IMG/VR virus record: IMGVR_UViG_3300033121_001334
Span: 1 to 64,000 of that record
Source: a virus
Lineage: Duplodnaviria; Caudoviricetes
Direction: 5' to 3' (one strand)
Length of the DNA: 64,000 bases
Shown here piece after piece: positions 1-8,473 of this stretch. Position numbers and translations under genes: made by a program. Position 1 is the stretch's first letter. Every line of letters begins with the position of its first letter. The notes beneath the pieces were generated by a model. That model was given only the letters and a program-made list of their open reading frames with translations. It ran no database searches and was not told the origin of the DNA.

Positions 1-465
1 GGGGTCTGATTATCCCAGAACCTTTTATTGAAGAACAAGGTTCATTCAGTTCTGGGATTTTGAGTTACGGCATGTTTGGGCCGTCCCTCGAAACTTCACC
101 CTTGCTTTCGCTTGGGTTCTCTCCTGCGCCTCGGTGCGGTTGATTAGGAGAGCCGCTGTACCTATTTACTTGTCAAACTCCAACTTTGTCGGGATACCAT
201 CCCTTTGGTCAGAGCGGGCTAATGTCGAACCTTCGAGTCGGCTTTCTAACAAGGAGGTCTGTCCAGTTTGACCTGAGTATCCTTGTTATTTGCCTCCGTC
301 GAGTCCTAGCAGCGAGTTGGACTGGTCCCTTACTCTGTTCGCCGCTAGTACGTCCCGTTGGTCCTACCTTATCGTCGAGATTTCTTCAACGCTAAGGTAT
401 CTCACCAAACTTCCGTCCGTTTCTGTAACCTTTCGGCCCTCGGTTGCGAGCGACGTTGGATTGAC
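1..465 (-). ncRNA. Candidate large structured ncRNA (3' end runs off the window)
   Basis: No credible ORF; upstream sigma70-like promoter; several 7-10 bp helices (CTAGCGGCGA/TCGCTGCTAG, ATCCCAGAAC/GTTCTGGGAT, CTCTCCT/AGGAGAG) and GAAA tetraloops on the minus strand. Confidence 0.5.
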
Positions 466-471
466 GAGATA

Positions 472-500
472 AGAATATCCGCCTCCCCCAACCCCGTCAA
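472..500 (-). promoter_or_regulatory. sigma70-type promoter TTGACG-N17-TATTCT
   Basis: -35 at 495-500, -10 at 472-477, read on the minus strand. Confidence 0.6.
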
Positions 501-561
501 GCCGTTGAACCAAGAAATTCCAAATTTCTTAGCGACAACTTATCCACAAACCTTCAACAAC

Positions 562-1065
562 TCAATCCTTCATCCGAGTGAAAGTCATGGGGCCGCTGCT
601 GAGAAGGGTGAAGAAGTCTTCCTCGGTCATGGTCTTGGGGCGAGAAATAATGGCGGTTCCTTTGACAACGCCTTCAAACCTGACGCCCTTCTTTTGAAGG
701 CCATGAATGAAGTTGGCGATTTTCTTCGGGAACACATCCGACTTGTCCATGCCAGGAAAGTCGTAGTTATAACCATACGGCTTTGACTGTTTCTCAACAA
801 TCTTGACAACCTCGTTGTTCCAGCCAGAAGGACCATGCTCGGTGATCTCAATGATATCACCAACGCAAAGTCCGCAAAGGCAGTTGTTCCGAACTTCAGC
901 CTTCGTTGCGCTCAGTTTGTTGATCCAGAAAGACTCGCCCGTGCCTTCACCAGAACCGTCAAGTTCGCCAGCAGTTTTGCTGCTGATATAGCACTTGCAA
1001 AGGTTCTCTTCTGGCTCGGCAGCCTTTTTGGTGGTTTTCTTGACGGTGGTTTTTGTCTTTGGCAT
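562..1065 (-). CDS. hypothetical protein (possible DUF4265-like)
   Basis: 167 aa ORF, motif ACTAAACTTT 20 nt upstream; ESFWI...GLCVGDII segment recalls DUF4265. Confidence 0.6.
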   Translation of the reverse strand: MPKTKTTVKKTTKKAAEPEENLCKCYISSKTAGELDGSGEGTGESFWINKLSATKAEVRNNCLCGLCVGDIIEITEHGPSGWNNEVVKIVEKQSKPYGYNYDFPGMDKSDVFPKKIANFIHGLQKKGVRFEGVVKGTAIISRPKTMTEEDFFTLLSSGPMTFTRMKD

Positions 1066-1089
1066 GATTTCTTTGTTGGCGCAGAAAGT

Positions 1090-1350
1090 TTAGTTCGGAG
1101 GGTTCTTGGCGTACAGCAGGGCTTGGTCCAGATAAATCGCCGCATTACCGAGGATGTTGTTCCCTGGCAGTTTGGGGAAGCTCCACTCAAGACAGGGCTT
1201 TCCGTCATACCGCAAAATCCCGTCAGAGTCTCTGACTCCAACATAGGCATTGCAAACAACCTCAGCCTCTCGACCTTTGCCCTCCATCCAGAAGTCGAAC
1301 TTATAGCCGTCCTTGTGAAGCGTGACAGTTTTGGGTTTCTTAGTTTCCAT
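1090..1350 (-). CDS. hypothetical protein (start revised to METKK)
   Basis: ATG overlaps the end of the upstream ORF; 86 aa. Confidence 0.6.
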   Translation of the reverse strand: METKKPKTVTLHKDGYKFDFWMEGKGREAEVVCNAYVGVRDSDGILRYDGKPCLEWSFPKLPGNNILGNAAIYLDQALLYAKNPPN

Positions 1351-1813
1351 ATTCGGCTCTTCTCTTTTCCCAGAAGTTATCCAGCCAACGCTGCTCCTCA
1401 GCCTCAAGGTCGGCTCTCTTTCCAGTATAAACGCCGCTGTTGGGGAGGTTTTCGCAAGACCAGAGGTTCTTGTGTTGAATCGGAAAAGGAGAACTCTTCT
1501 CTCCGCCAAAGATCGTAGGAACTCCGTCAGCAAAGCGCAGATCGCATTCGGTTGCAATCTTCTCAGCGAGATGACGATCTTCGAGCGGAATGGAAACAAC
1601 AACGAAGGTAAGTCCTTTGTGCAAAATCAAGAACATCTGAAATCGGTCGTTCAATACCTCGTCTTTTGGGTCATAATGTTCATGCTCAAGGCGAGTCATA
1701 AACTTTGCGAACCCAACCCGCCCCATAAAACCAACAATGCCAAAACGATCATTGGCGTCAAAATGGGCCTGAATCTTGGCGGTAGTAATCTCGTTGGTTG
1801 TTGGAGGATTCAT
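1340..1813 (-). CDS. hypothetical protein
   Basis: 157 aa ORF in co-directional string, GGAGG SD upstream. Confidence 0.7.
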   Translation of the reverse strand: MNPPTTNEITTAKIQAHFDANDRFGIVGFMGRVGFAKFMTRLEHEHYDPKDEVLNDRFQMFLILHKGLTFVVVSIPLEDRHLAEKIATECDLRFADGVPTIFGGEKSSPFPIQHKNLWSCENLPNSGVYTGKRADLEAEEQRWLDNFWEKRRAEYGN

Positions 1814-1818
1814 GGTGT

Positions 1819-2121
1819 CTACTTTCCGACAAGCAGCGAATAAGCCGCAAGACCCTTCTTGAAAACGGCTTCGTCGCCGCCAATGTCAGGATGATTCTTC
1901 ATGGCGAACTGTCGCCATGCGCTCTTGACCGCCGCTGCGTCAGCGCCTTGCTGCAAGCCCAAAACAGTATACGGGTTGTCCTTATCGAGAACAGCAACAG
2001 CCTCTTCCTCGCCCATCATGCGGGCTTCGTAGGTCTTGCGCCATTCCTCAGGATTGCCTCTCTTCTCGGCATGACCGTAAGGAGCGTAGCCTTTGTCGAA
2101 TGCTCGGCTCTTCTTCGCCAT
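1819..2121 (-). CDS. DnaJ (J-domain) protein
   Basis: NPYTVLGL...AVKSAWRQFAMKNHPDIGGD with the HPD motif. Confidence 0.85.
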   Translation of the reverse strand: MAKKSRAFDKGYAPYGHAEKRGNPEEWRKTYEARMMGEEEAVAVLDKDNPYTVLGLQQGADAAAVKSAWRQFAMKNHPDIGGDEAVFKKGLAAYSLLVGK

Positions 2122-2496
2122 GCTAATTACTTCCGCGCAAGAAGTTTAGTCCTCGTCCTCAATCTCTTCCAGCGCACCAGCGATATGACGCTCCAAGACC
2201 TCAAAAGCTGTTTGACCATTGGAGGTTTTTGTGTCAGGATCAATGCCATTGGCCTTGAGAATGGCGACAATGTGTTCAGCGGTATTCGGTCCAGCAACGC
2301 TAGCCATTTCGTTTCTCCACCTTCCAAGTCGGGTCTCCGCCAGCGTCCGTCCGCTCAACGGAATAGCCCTTCCTTCTTAGGTCTTGGAAGAAGTCGTGAA
2401 GTTTAGTTCTGCTGCCAACAAACAAAGCGCCCTTCAGAAGAAGACCGTTTTTGGCCTTCAAATCTTCAGAAACGCTTTCGATGGACCATGATCCAT

Positions 2497-2817
2497 TCAG
2501 CACTGCCAGATGCCTTCTTTCAAAAGGTCGCCAATGGTATTCCCCCTTCCAACGGCTGTTTGGTCCACAACCCCTTTGTCTGTCAACATACCAAGCTCAA
2601 TAAATGAGCCGCTTGGATCGTTGCGCGACTTTCCGCCGCTGACAACATACTGATGCTCGCCCTTGATATCAATATCTTCGGGCACGGCAACAATTCCAAC
2701 GACCATCATGAGTTTGCGACCAGGTCCAGCGGGGCCGTTTGCGTTTTTGGGCGTGTCTCGGAAGAAGAGTTGGCCGGTGATGCGCTTTTGCTTGTCAGAC
2801 ATGGAGTCGTCCTTCAA
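2497..2817 (-). CDS. hypothetical protein
   Basis: 106 aa ORF in co-directional string. Confidence 0.6.
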   Translation of the reverse strand: MKDDSMSDKQKRITGQLFFRDTPKNANGPAGPGRKLMMVVGIVAVPEDIDIKGEHQYVVSGGKSRNDPSGSFIELGMLTDKGVVDQTAVGRGNTIGDLLKEGIWQC

Positions 2818-3193
2818 ATGCCTCTCTCAATCTGCGCCGAACTTCCGTTTCGCCAAGTTCTTTCACCAGCAAAAGGATTTGCTCGTCCCGTCCAGCATTG
2901 TTGGTATCAGAGCCTTCAACGCTGACGCAATCATGAACGTCATTGTCGAGCATCTCCTGAAGGTTCTCCTTGTCCGCCTCGTCCAACTGAGCTTCGGTTG
3001 CCTCGTAGATAGCCTTGGCTGCTGTTTCCTCCGCTCTTTGCTTGTCGAGCAAATGCTTGAGATGGATTCCGTGCCTATTAAGAGAGGCGAGCCTCTGCTC
3101 GCTCGTCTGCGTAGGCATGAAGATTTCGGGACCAAAGAATCCTTCCAACGCTACAAGGAGTCCTTCCAAGTCGTCGATGGGGACGGTAATCAT
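2795..3193 (-). CDS. hypothetical protein
   Basis: 132 aa ORF, motif copy upstream. Confidence 0.65.
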   Translation of the reverse strand: MITVPIDDLEGLLVALEGFFGPEIFMPTQTSEQRLASLNRHGIHLKHLLDKQRAEETAAKAIYEATEAQLDEADKENLQEMLDNDVHDCVSVEGSDTNNAGRDEQILLLVKELGETEVRRRLREAFEGRLHV

Positions 3194-3344
3194 GTTTCTC
3201 AGTATAGGCGAGGAAGTTTAGTCCTGCAACTGGTTGCAAGGCCTGGTCATTTCTTTTGGAAAATCTTCCATTTCACCACTGGAGGGATTCCAATCACATG
3301 CCAGAATCCAATGAAAGCGAAAAAGTAGAGAAAGAAATTTCCCA

Positions 3345-3665
3345 TTATGCGATAAATCCATGCTTCTTGGCGAAATCGAGTTGTCTTCCGTACTTCCGTC
3401 CCCGCAGACCGCAAGCCCTCAAATGCTTGCAATCGCCATGCGAGATGCAACCTGGGCAGGAGCAGGACCAGTAGAGAGCGCCAGGAGCCGCATCAAAAGA
3501 AATCTTGTAGATTCTCGTGCTACTTGAACTGGCGACTCCAAAGCCAAACTTGTAGCGGTCAGAGTCAGGGTAGGTCTGGACCGCATTGCTAGGGGCTTGG
3601 GGCCTCGGAGCCTTGACGATGGCTGCGCTACGTTGGATTTGTCCCTTTGCCATAACTTTCCCCAT
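3345..3665 (-). CDS. SWIM zinc-finger protein
   Basis: YWSCSCPGCISHGDCKHL matches the CxC-x(n)-CxH SWIM pattern. Confidence 0.75.
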   Translation of the reverse strand: MGKVMAKGQIQRSAAIVKAPRPQAPSNAVQTYPDSDRYKFGFGVASSSSTRIYKISFDAAPGALYWSCSCPGCISHGDCKHLRACGLRGRKYGRQLDFAKKHGFIA

Positions 3666-3677
3666 TGCGCAGAAAGT

Positions 3678-3968
3678 TTAGTCCGCAGTCGGGTAAATCT
3701 CGCCGACCTTGACTCTCCACTTCTTCTTGAAGGGAGCCTTGGCGATCAAGCCCTTGACTGCTTCTGCGTCCTTACGAGAGCGGTAGTAGAAGACCAAATC
3801 CCTGCGACCAAAGCCGCACCCGCTACCTCCGTCCCTCTTCTTGAGGTACTTCGGAATGACCTTCTCAGGCCCCTTAGGGTCTTCGATGTCAAATTCAAAG
3901 TAGAACTCGGCATTGTAAGAAACCTCAACCGAATATTCAGTCCTTTGCTTGGTGATCTTCTTTGCCAT
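3678..3968 (-). CDS. hypothetical protein
   Basis: 96 aa ORF between two motif copies. Confidence 0.7.
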   Translation of the reverse strand: MAKKITKQRTEYSVEVSYNAEFYFEFDIEDPKGPEKVIPKYLKKRDGGSGCGFGRRDLVFYYRSRKDAEAVKGLIAKAPFKKKWRVKVGEIYPTAD

Positions 3969-4001
3969 GTTCTTTTCTTTCTCGCAGAAAGTTTAGTTCA
4001 A

Positions 4002-4040
4002 TGACCCCGCTGGGACTCGAACCCAGGACCAACGGATTAA
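4002..4040 (-). pseudogene. 3' half of a split tRNA-Lys
   Basis: TTAATCCGTTGGTCCTGGGTTCGAGTCCCAGCGGGGTCA: intact T arm; acceptor strand pairs with the 5' half at 4814-4847. Confidence 0.8.
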
Positions 4041-4249
4041 TGCAAAAGAAGAGCAGACAAGACGATATTGACGATGAATCCAACAAAAGCAACAATAACT
4101 GCTTGCTTGCCTCTCTTTCCTTTATTGCTCCAATCTATTGCTCCAAGTAAAAGAGCAACAAGAACGCAAACAGGAAAAATAAAGGTTCCTATTGCAAAAC
4201 CCATTGCAATCTGTCCCAAAATTGTTGGCCTGCTTTGCTGATTGTTCAT
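4037..4249 (-). CDS. small membrane protein (cassette cargo)
   Basis: 70 aa, two hydrophobic helices; its TAA stop lies in the anticodon loop of the tRNA 3' half. Confidence 0.7.
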   Translation of the reverse strand: MNNQQSRPTILGQIAMGFAIGTFIFPVCVLVALLLGAIDWSNKGKRGKQAVIVAFVGFIVNIVLSALLLH

Positions 4250-4686
4250 ATTTGCTCCAACCTTTCCTTCGTGAGAACAAAGTCATCGTGGAAGTTTAGT
4301 CCCTTGGTTTGACCGTTCCTGGTCTTCTCTTTCCTGACCGCCCAACTTCTTGTTCCTACAAAATGTTCTGGTTTGAGTAGGTACATATCCCCTGATTCAT
4401 GATCATAGCAGACAATCAAGTCACAGTCTTTTTCTGTGTATCCTTTGCTTGTGCCCTTATACCAATTAGTTGTTCTTAAGGAAAATTCTCTTGCGCCAGA
4501 AGAATTTATTCGTTCGCTCGATTTGACTTGAACTTTCTTGAGTTTGCCGTCTATTACGGCAACAAAGTCAAATGGCAGATTGTCGCTTAAGGGCGCAAGG
4601 ACCGGAATATCGAACTTCGCAAACTCCCCCATTACTATTAATTGAGCTTTTTCGCCTTTACCTTTTGGATTCATATACACCTCCAA
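4246..4686 (-). CDS. PD-(D/E)XK endonuclease (free-standing, homing-type)
   Basis: PFDFVAV...KKVQVKS motif, DCDLIVCY; lies within tRNA remnants. Confidence 0.8.
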   Translation of the reverse strand: MEVYMNPKGKGEKAQLIVMGEFAKFDIPVLAPLSDNLPFDFVAVIDGKLKKVQVKSSERINSSGAREFSLRTTNWYKGTSKGYTEKDCDLIVCYDHESGDMYLLKPEHFVGTRSWAVRKEKTRNGQTKGLNFHDDFVLTKERLEQI

Positions 4687-4730
4687 ACATCTATTTCGTA
4701 GGTGTATATAAAACTCCTTCTTTTATTGAA

Positions 4731-4803
4731 TGCCCCCTGCTGGATTCGAACCAGCGGCCACTCGCTTAAAAGGCGAATGCTCTAACCACTGAGCTAAGAG
4801 GGC
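4731..4803 (-). tRNA. tRNA-Lys(TTT)
   Basis: GCCCTCTTAGCTCAGTGGTTAGAGCATTCGCCTTTTAAGCGAGTGGCCGCTGGTTCGAATCCAGCAGGGGGCA; cloverleaf, no encoded CCA. Confidence 0.92.
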
Positions 4804-4813
4804 GATATTTTTC

Positions 4814-4847
4814 AAGTCCGACGCTCTACCAACTGAGCTACGGGATC
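4814..4847 (-). pseudogene. 5' half of a split tRNA (Lys-type)
   Basis: GATCCCGTAGCTCAGTTGGTAGAGCGTCGGACTT, ends in the anticodon loop. Confidence 0.8.
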
Positions 4848-4957
4848 GTACCATGACGAGAAGGGCAGGGGCGGCCTCTCGTAATCCTCAGACTATCCCC
4901 ATCAGCAGACTGAGGGATTTAACAGTCACCGTCATGGATTTTAGTTGTCAGGAAAGT

Positions 4958-5632
4958 TTAGTCCTGAGGCTTCTTATTCTTGGTATGCGGAGATTCTCTT
5001 TCTTCCACCTTGCTAAAAGCCTCTTTTGTTTCCGGGCTAGTCTGCTGTCCCAAAATCTCAAGAGCCTCGATCACAGACATCCCGCTTTGCTCGTCCAACA
5101 TCTCCTCAATCTTCTCGTTATACATAATCGAAGAAGTATGAGCGGCCTCGGTATCTCCGGCGTTCCAGAGATCCATGATGATGCCTTCATGGGTCAAAAC
5201 AACAATCAGTGTACGGCCTTCTTCCTTGTCCTCGTACTCAACCCTCATGTCGTTGCCGACTCGAACGGGAACGTCGTCAACCTTGAAGGTGACGGGCGCA
5301 TGAGAGCGAGGGTCATTGCTTTCTTCCGTCAGGTCCGCAGCGGACTCAGGCTCGCCAGCGGTGTAGCGGCTGATTTGTTTCATTGCAGCCAAAAGTTGAG
5401 CCTTCGCCTCTTCTTCCTTTCGACCAGTCTTGATAAAAGAACCGGCGTACTTAAGAGCGTTGTAGATGCTTTGCAAATCGGCTTGAAGGGCAAGAATCTT
5501 GCCGTTCATAACCTTGCTAACGGCATTCATAACCGCATCTTGCTGGGAAAGAGAAAAGCCTTCTCCATTGCCCATGTCGTTGAGGCGACTGGCGGCGTCT
5601 TGGAGAATCTCTTGGGCAAGGTTGTTGTTCAT
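4958..5632 (-). CDS. hypothetical protein
   Basis: 224 aa; its TAA stop is the TAA of a motif copy. Confidence 0.75.
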   Translation of the reverse strand: MNNNLAQEILQDAASRLNDMGNGEGFSLSQQDAVMNAVSKVMNGKILALQADLQSIYNALKYAGSFIKTGRKEEEAKAQLLAAMKQISRYTAGEPESAADLTEESNDPRSHAPVTFKVDDVPVRVGNDMRVEYEDKEEGRTLIVVLTHEGIIMDLWNAGDTEAAHTSSIMYNEKIEEMLDEQSGMSVIEALEILGQQTSPETKEAFSKVEERESPHTKNKKPQD

Positions 5633-5670
5633 GCTCTTTCCTTCGGCGCGGAAAGTTTAGTTACGGCTTC

Positions 5671-6036
5671 TTAAGACTTCCATTCCCAAGCAATCAGGAA
5701 CCAGCCAGAAGGAGCCAACTTGTTCGCCTCGTCTTCGTTCTGACCAAGCCAATGATTAAAAGAAGTTTCAGTCAAATCAAAGGACTTATCCTTCTCAAAC
5801 TCAGGGTCAATCTCGAACTCAACCTTGCGCTCGACCCAGGTATGGTCAGAAAGAGCCAAGCCAAGATCCACCTTGATTGTTGGCAGAACGCCGCAATCGC
5901 CGCAATGACCAGGACCAGGATTGTCATGGCAACGGCAATGAGGGTCTGAGCAAGTAACCTCGCCCTTTGCAGGTTCAGCGGCGGGCGGCGTCGGCGTGGC
6001 GGACTCTTCAAGATTGACGGCGTTTGGGTTTCCCAT
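5671..6036 (-). CDS. hypothetical protein, Cys/His cluster (possible Zn binding)
   Basis: CSDPHCRCH...HCGDCG. Confidence 0.65.
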   Translation of the reverse strand: MGNPNAVNLEESATPTPPAAEPAKGEVTCSDPHCRCHDNPGPGHCGDCGVLPTIKVDLGLALSDHTWVERKVEFEIDPEFEKDKSFDLTETSFNHWLGQNEDEANKLAPSGWFLIAWEWKS

Positions 6037-6146
6037 AATGAATGGATTATAGCAGAAAGTTTAGTCCTTGATTTTGTGCCAATGAAAAAAGGACCGCCGC
6101 TATGCAGCGACGGCCCTTTCCTTCGGAGAAGTTGTCAGCAAGCCGA

Positions 6147-6671
6147 TTAGCGGCTGCCGGTGTTGCCAGCCTTGCTGCGCTGACGGGCGCGGATGGCCTC
6201 AGCCTCAGCGAGAATGCGCTGGTTGCGAGCGTTTTCCTGAATCTCCGCAGCGTTGCGAGCGTGATCGGAGATGATGTTGAGGCCGGTCTGAGCCGCCTGA
6301 CCAGCGGGACCGTCCTGAGCAACGCGACGCGCCAGAGCGTCGTTGATGCTCGCGCCCATGCGAACGAGATTGTCGGTGTCCTGGTTGTCGAGGCTGGCGG
6401 GGGTGACGAAACCCGAACCGTTGAACATCGACGAGGGCTTGTCGCTGGAGGTCGCCGTGCGAACCGCATCGCAATACGCCTGAGCGGAGGTCGCATTGGT
6501 GATGCGATTGCTCTCCGCCGCAGCGTGGTTGTTGCGGCTCTCGCGAGTCTTGGCCGGAGTATTGGCCGGAGCGGAAGTGTCGTTGCCGTTTGCGTTGCTC
6601 ATGTTTCTACTGCCTTCTGTTCGCCCCTTATTGGGGCTTTGGTTTGGGGGCCTACTAACATTTCGGCCCAA
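6147..6671 (-). CDS. hypothetical protein
   Basis: 174 aa (start may be MSNANG); GC hairpin + U tract follows at about 6085-6120. Confidence 0.65.
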   Translation of the reverse strand: MGRNVSRPPNQSPNKGRTEGSRNMSNANGNDTSAPANTPAKTRESRNNHAAAESNRITNATSAQAYCDAVRTATSSDKPSSMFNGSGFVTPASLDNQDTDNLVRMGASINDALARRVAQDGPAGQAAQTGLNIISDHARNAAEIQENARNQRILAEAEAIRARQRSKAGNTGSR

Positions 6672-6729
6672 CTGTTCCGACTCTCATTTTCTCCAAGAAA
6701 GTTTAGTTCTTGGAGGACGATGAACTACT

Positions 6730-6921
6730 TTACCCTATCCCCTCACTGTTGTCAAGCCTACGAAGACTCTTTTTTGTCTCTCTGCGCTCTTCCTTGACAG
6801 ACGGCTTGCCGCCAAAAGTCTTTGCCCTCGAACGACCAACCATCTTCTCCCTTTCCAGTTGGTTTTCCCTGGAAATCTTTCTGAGAGTTTTGACCAGTTC
6901 TTTTTTCTTGGGCTTTGCCAT
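6730..6921 (-). CDS. small basic protein
   Basis: 63 aa Lys/Arg-rich, motif copy upstream. Confidence 0.65.
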   Translation of the reverse strand: MAKPKKKELVKTLRKISRENQLEREKMVGRSRAKTFGGKPSVKEERRETKKSLRRLDNSEGIG

Positions 6922-7016
6922 GATATTTTTATTGCGCAGAAAGTTTAGTTCTTCAAAATAAAAGCCCCCTCTGCCTACGCCGACAGAAGGGGCAAACGTG
7001 GGTGACCCGAGATTGA

Positions 7017-7586
7017 TTAGGCGTTCTTCTTCGACTGGATCGCCGCCGCCTGAGCGAGAATCTCAGCCTCGCGCTGCTCGCGGAGAGCGTCGCGATGAGT
7101 CGTCAGGAAGTTGATGCAGTAGTTGAGGAAGTCGCCAGCCGTCTTGTCGCCAGCGGCCTCGCGCTTGGCGAGAATGTCGCCGATCAGCGTGACCATGTTG
7201 GCCGCGCCGTTGTTGGGAAGGCGAGTCGCAGGGCCGCTGTGGATGAAGCCGTCCGAGTTCCAATGCTGATCATAGCCCTTGCGGGGCGGATGAGCCTCGC
7301 ACTGCTCGTAGAACTCCTTGAGATACTGACGACCGCTATTGGCGTTGCTGGGGTCGATGCGGGTCTGCGTGGCGTTCTTCTTGATCCGCTTCGTCGCCTG
7401 AACCTCGATCGCTGCGACCGCAACCGCATGCGCCTCCGCAGCCTCGCCCTTCGGCTCGACCTCGACAGGAGCCGCAGCCTCCTTCGGAGCCTTCTTCTCA
7501 GCCTTCTTGGTCGCCTTCTTGTCCGCCGTCTTCGTTCCGCTCATTGCTGTTTCTCCGTTACTAAAACTTGGGTTGCTACTTCGCAA
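7017..7586 (-). CDS. hypothetical protein, Lys/Ala-rich N terminus
   Basis: 189 aa; terminator-like hairpin at about 6960-6995. Confidence 0.7.
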   Translation of the reverse strand: MRSSNPSFSNGETAMSGTKTADKKATKKAEKKAPKEAAAPVEVEPKGEAAEAHAVAVAAIEVQATKRIKKNATQTRIDPSNANSGRQYLKEFYEQCEAHPPRKGYDQHWNSDGFIHSGPATRLPNNGAANMVTLIGDILAKREAAGDKTAGDFLNYCINFLTTHRDALREQREAEILAQAAAIQSKKNA

Positions 7587-7695
7587 GCCCTATGACTTTC
7601 AGTTTACCTCCCAAAGTTTAGTCCCGCCTCCCCCTGCTCCCCTACCATACCGTAAACCCAGTAAAATCGCAAAATTGTGCACAACTTGTTGAAAA

Positions 7696-7728
7696 CAGAA
7701 CTCGACCCCGCAAAGGGTCGAGTTCTGT
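7696..7728. terminator. intrinsic terminator hairpin
   Basis: cagaactcgaccc-cgcaa-agggtcgagttctg inverted repeat downstream of 7754-8473. Confidence 0.7.
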
Positions 7729-7753
7729 TACTGTTCGGGTTGTCTGTTGTCGA

Positions 7754-8473
7754 TTAGCGGTTGCTGAACTTGGCGATGAACTCCATGAACGATTCAAAGC
7801 TCATCTCGCCAGATGCGTACAGATTCCAGGCCTTCGACAGGTCAAAAGAATCAACAACGCCGTCACCATCCAAATCCCCTGCGGTGATGATGTCGTAAGC
7901 GTCAGCATAGGCGGCGTCATAGCCTCCGTTGACGTTACGAACGACGGTGACAACACCAACCACCTTGTCGTCTTCGAGCCCGAGATTGTTGTTGTCGAAA
8001 AACACGCTCAGGCTGCCGTCGTCGTTGGCAAAGACAAAAGATCGAACTTGCTGCTGGCGAGGTTTGCCGTTCTCCATGTCGCGAATGTAAACCTCGATCA
8101 GGCTCGGATCAACAGGAGCGGTAAAGGCAATGTCGTAGGCAAAACCCGAACCTCGCTCCATGTTGGCATCGCGAGTCTGAGGCTGTCGAGGGTTGACGTT
8201 GTTGCCGACTCGACCAAGGCACCAGGTGAAAAAGTTGTTGGCCCCTTCGTAGCAAGCCTTGCGACGGTTGGCCTCATTGCTCTGCCGGTCGCAGTCAGCG
8301 AGGAGGCTTTGGAAGCATCCCCAACACTGACCAACATTCGGAGGATTGCCCAACTGCTCGCAAGGGTTGGCCTTGTTTTCGGCAACAGCGATACGCTGCT
8401 CAGCCTCCCCAAGCGCAGTGGCGCAAAAAACAACAAGAGCAAGAACGACGCACAGATAAACAAGACGGACCAT
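7754..8473 (-). CDS. secreted Cys-rich protein with C-terminal dockerin/EF-hand-like repeat
   Basis: N-terminal signal peptide, CWGC/C..C cluster, GDLDGDGVVDSFDL. Confidence 0.7.
   Translation of the reverse strand: MVRLVYLCVVLALVVFCATALGEAEQRIAVAENKANPCEQLGNPPNVGQCWGCFQSLLADCDRQSNEANRRKACYEGANNFFTWCLGRVGNNVNPRQPQTRDANMERGSGFAYDIAFTAPVDPSLIEVYIRDMENGKPRQQQVRSFVFANDDGSLSVFFDNNNLGLEDDKVVGVVTVVRNVNGGYDAAYADAYDIITAGDLDGDGVVDSFDLSKAWNLYASGEMSFESFMEFIAKFSNR

Noticed and set aside
540-548. Perfect DnaA box TTATCCACA
   Set aside because: A single 9-mer is not far from chance in 64 kb, and there is no cluster or DUE nearby
4041-4813. Insert in tRNA-Lys as a group I intron
   Set aside because: No P7 (R/S) motifs, no terminal G at the junction, and it contains a full tRNA and two ORFs
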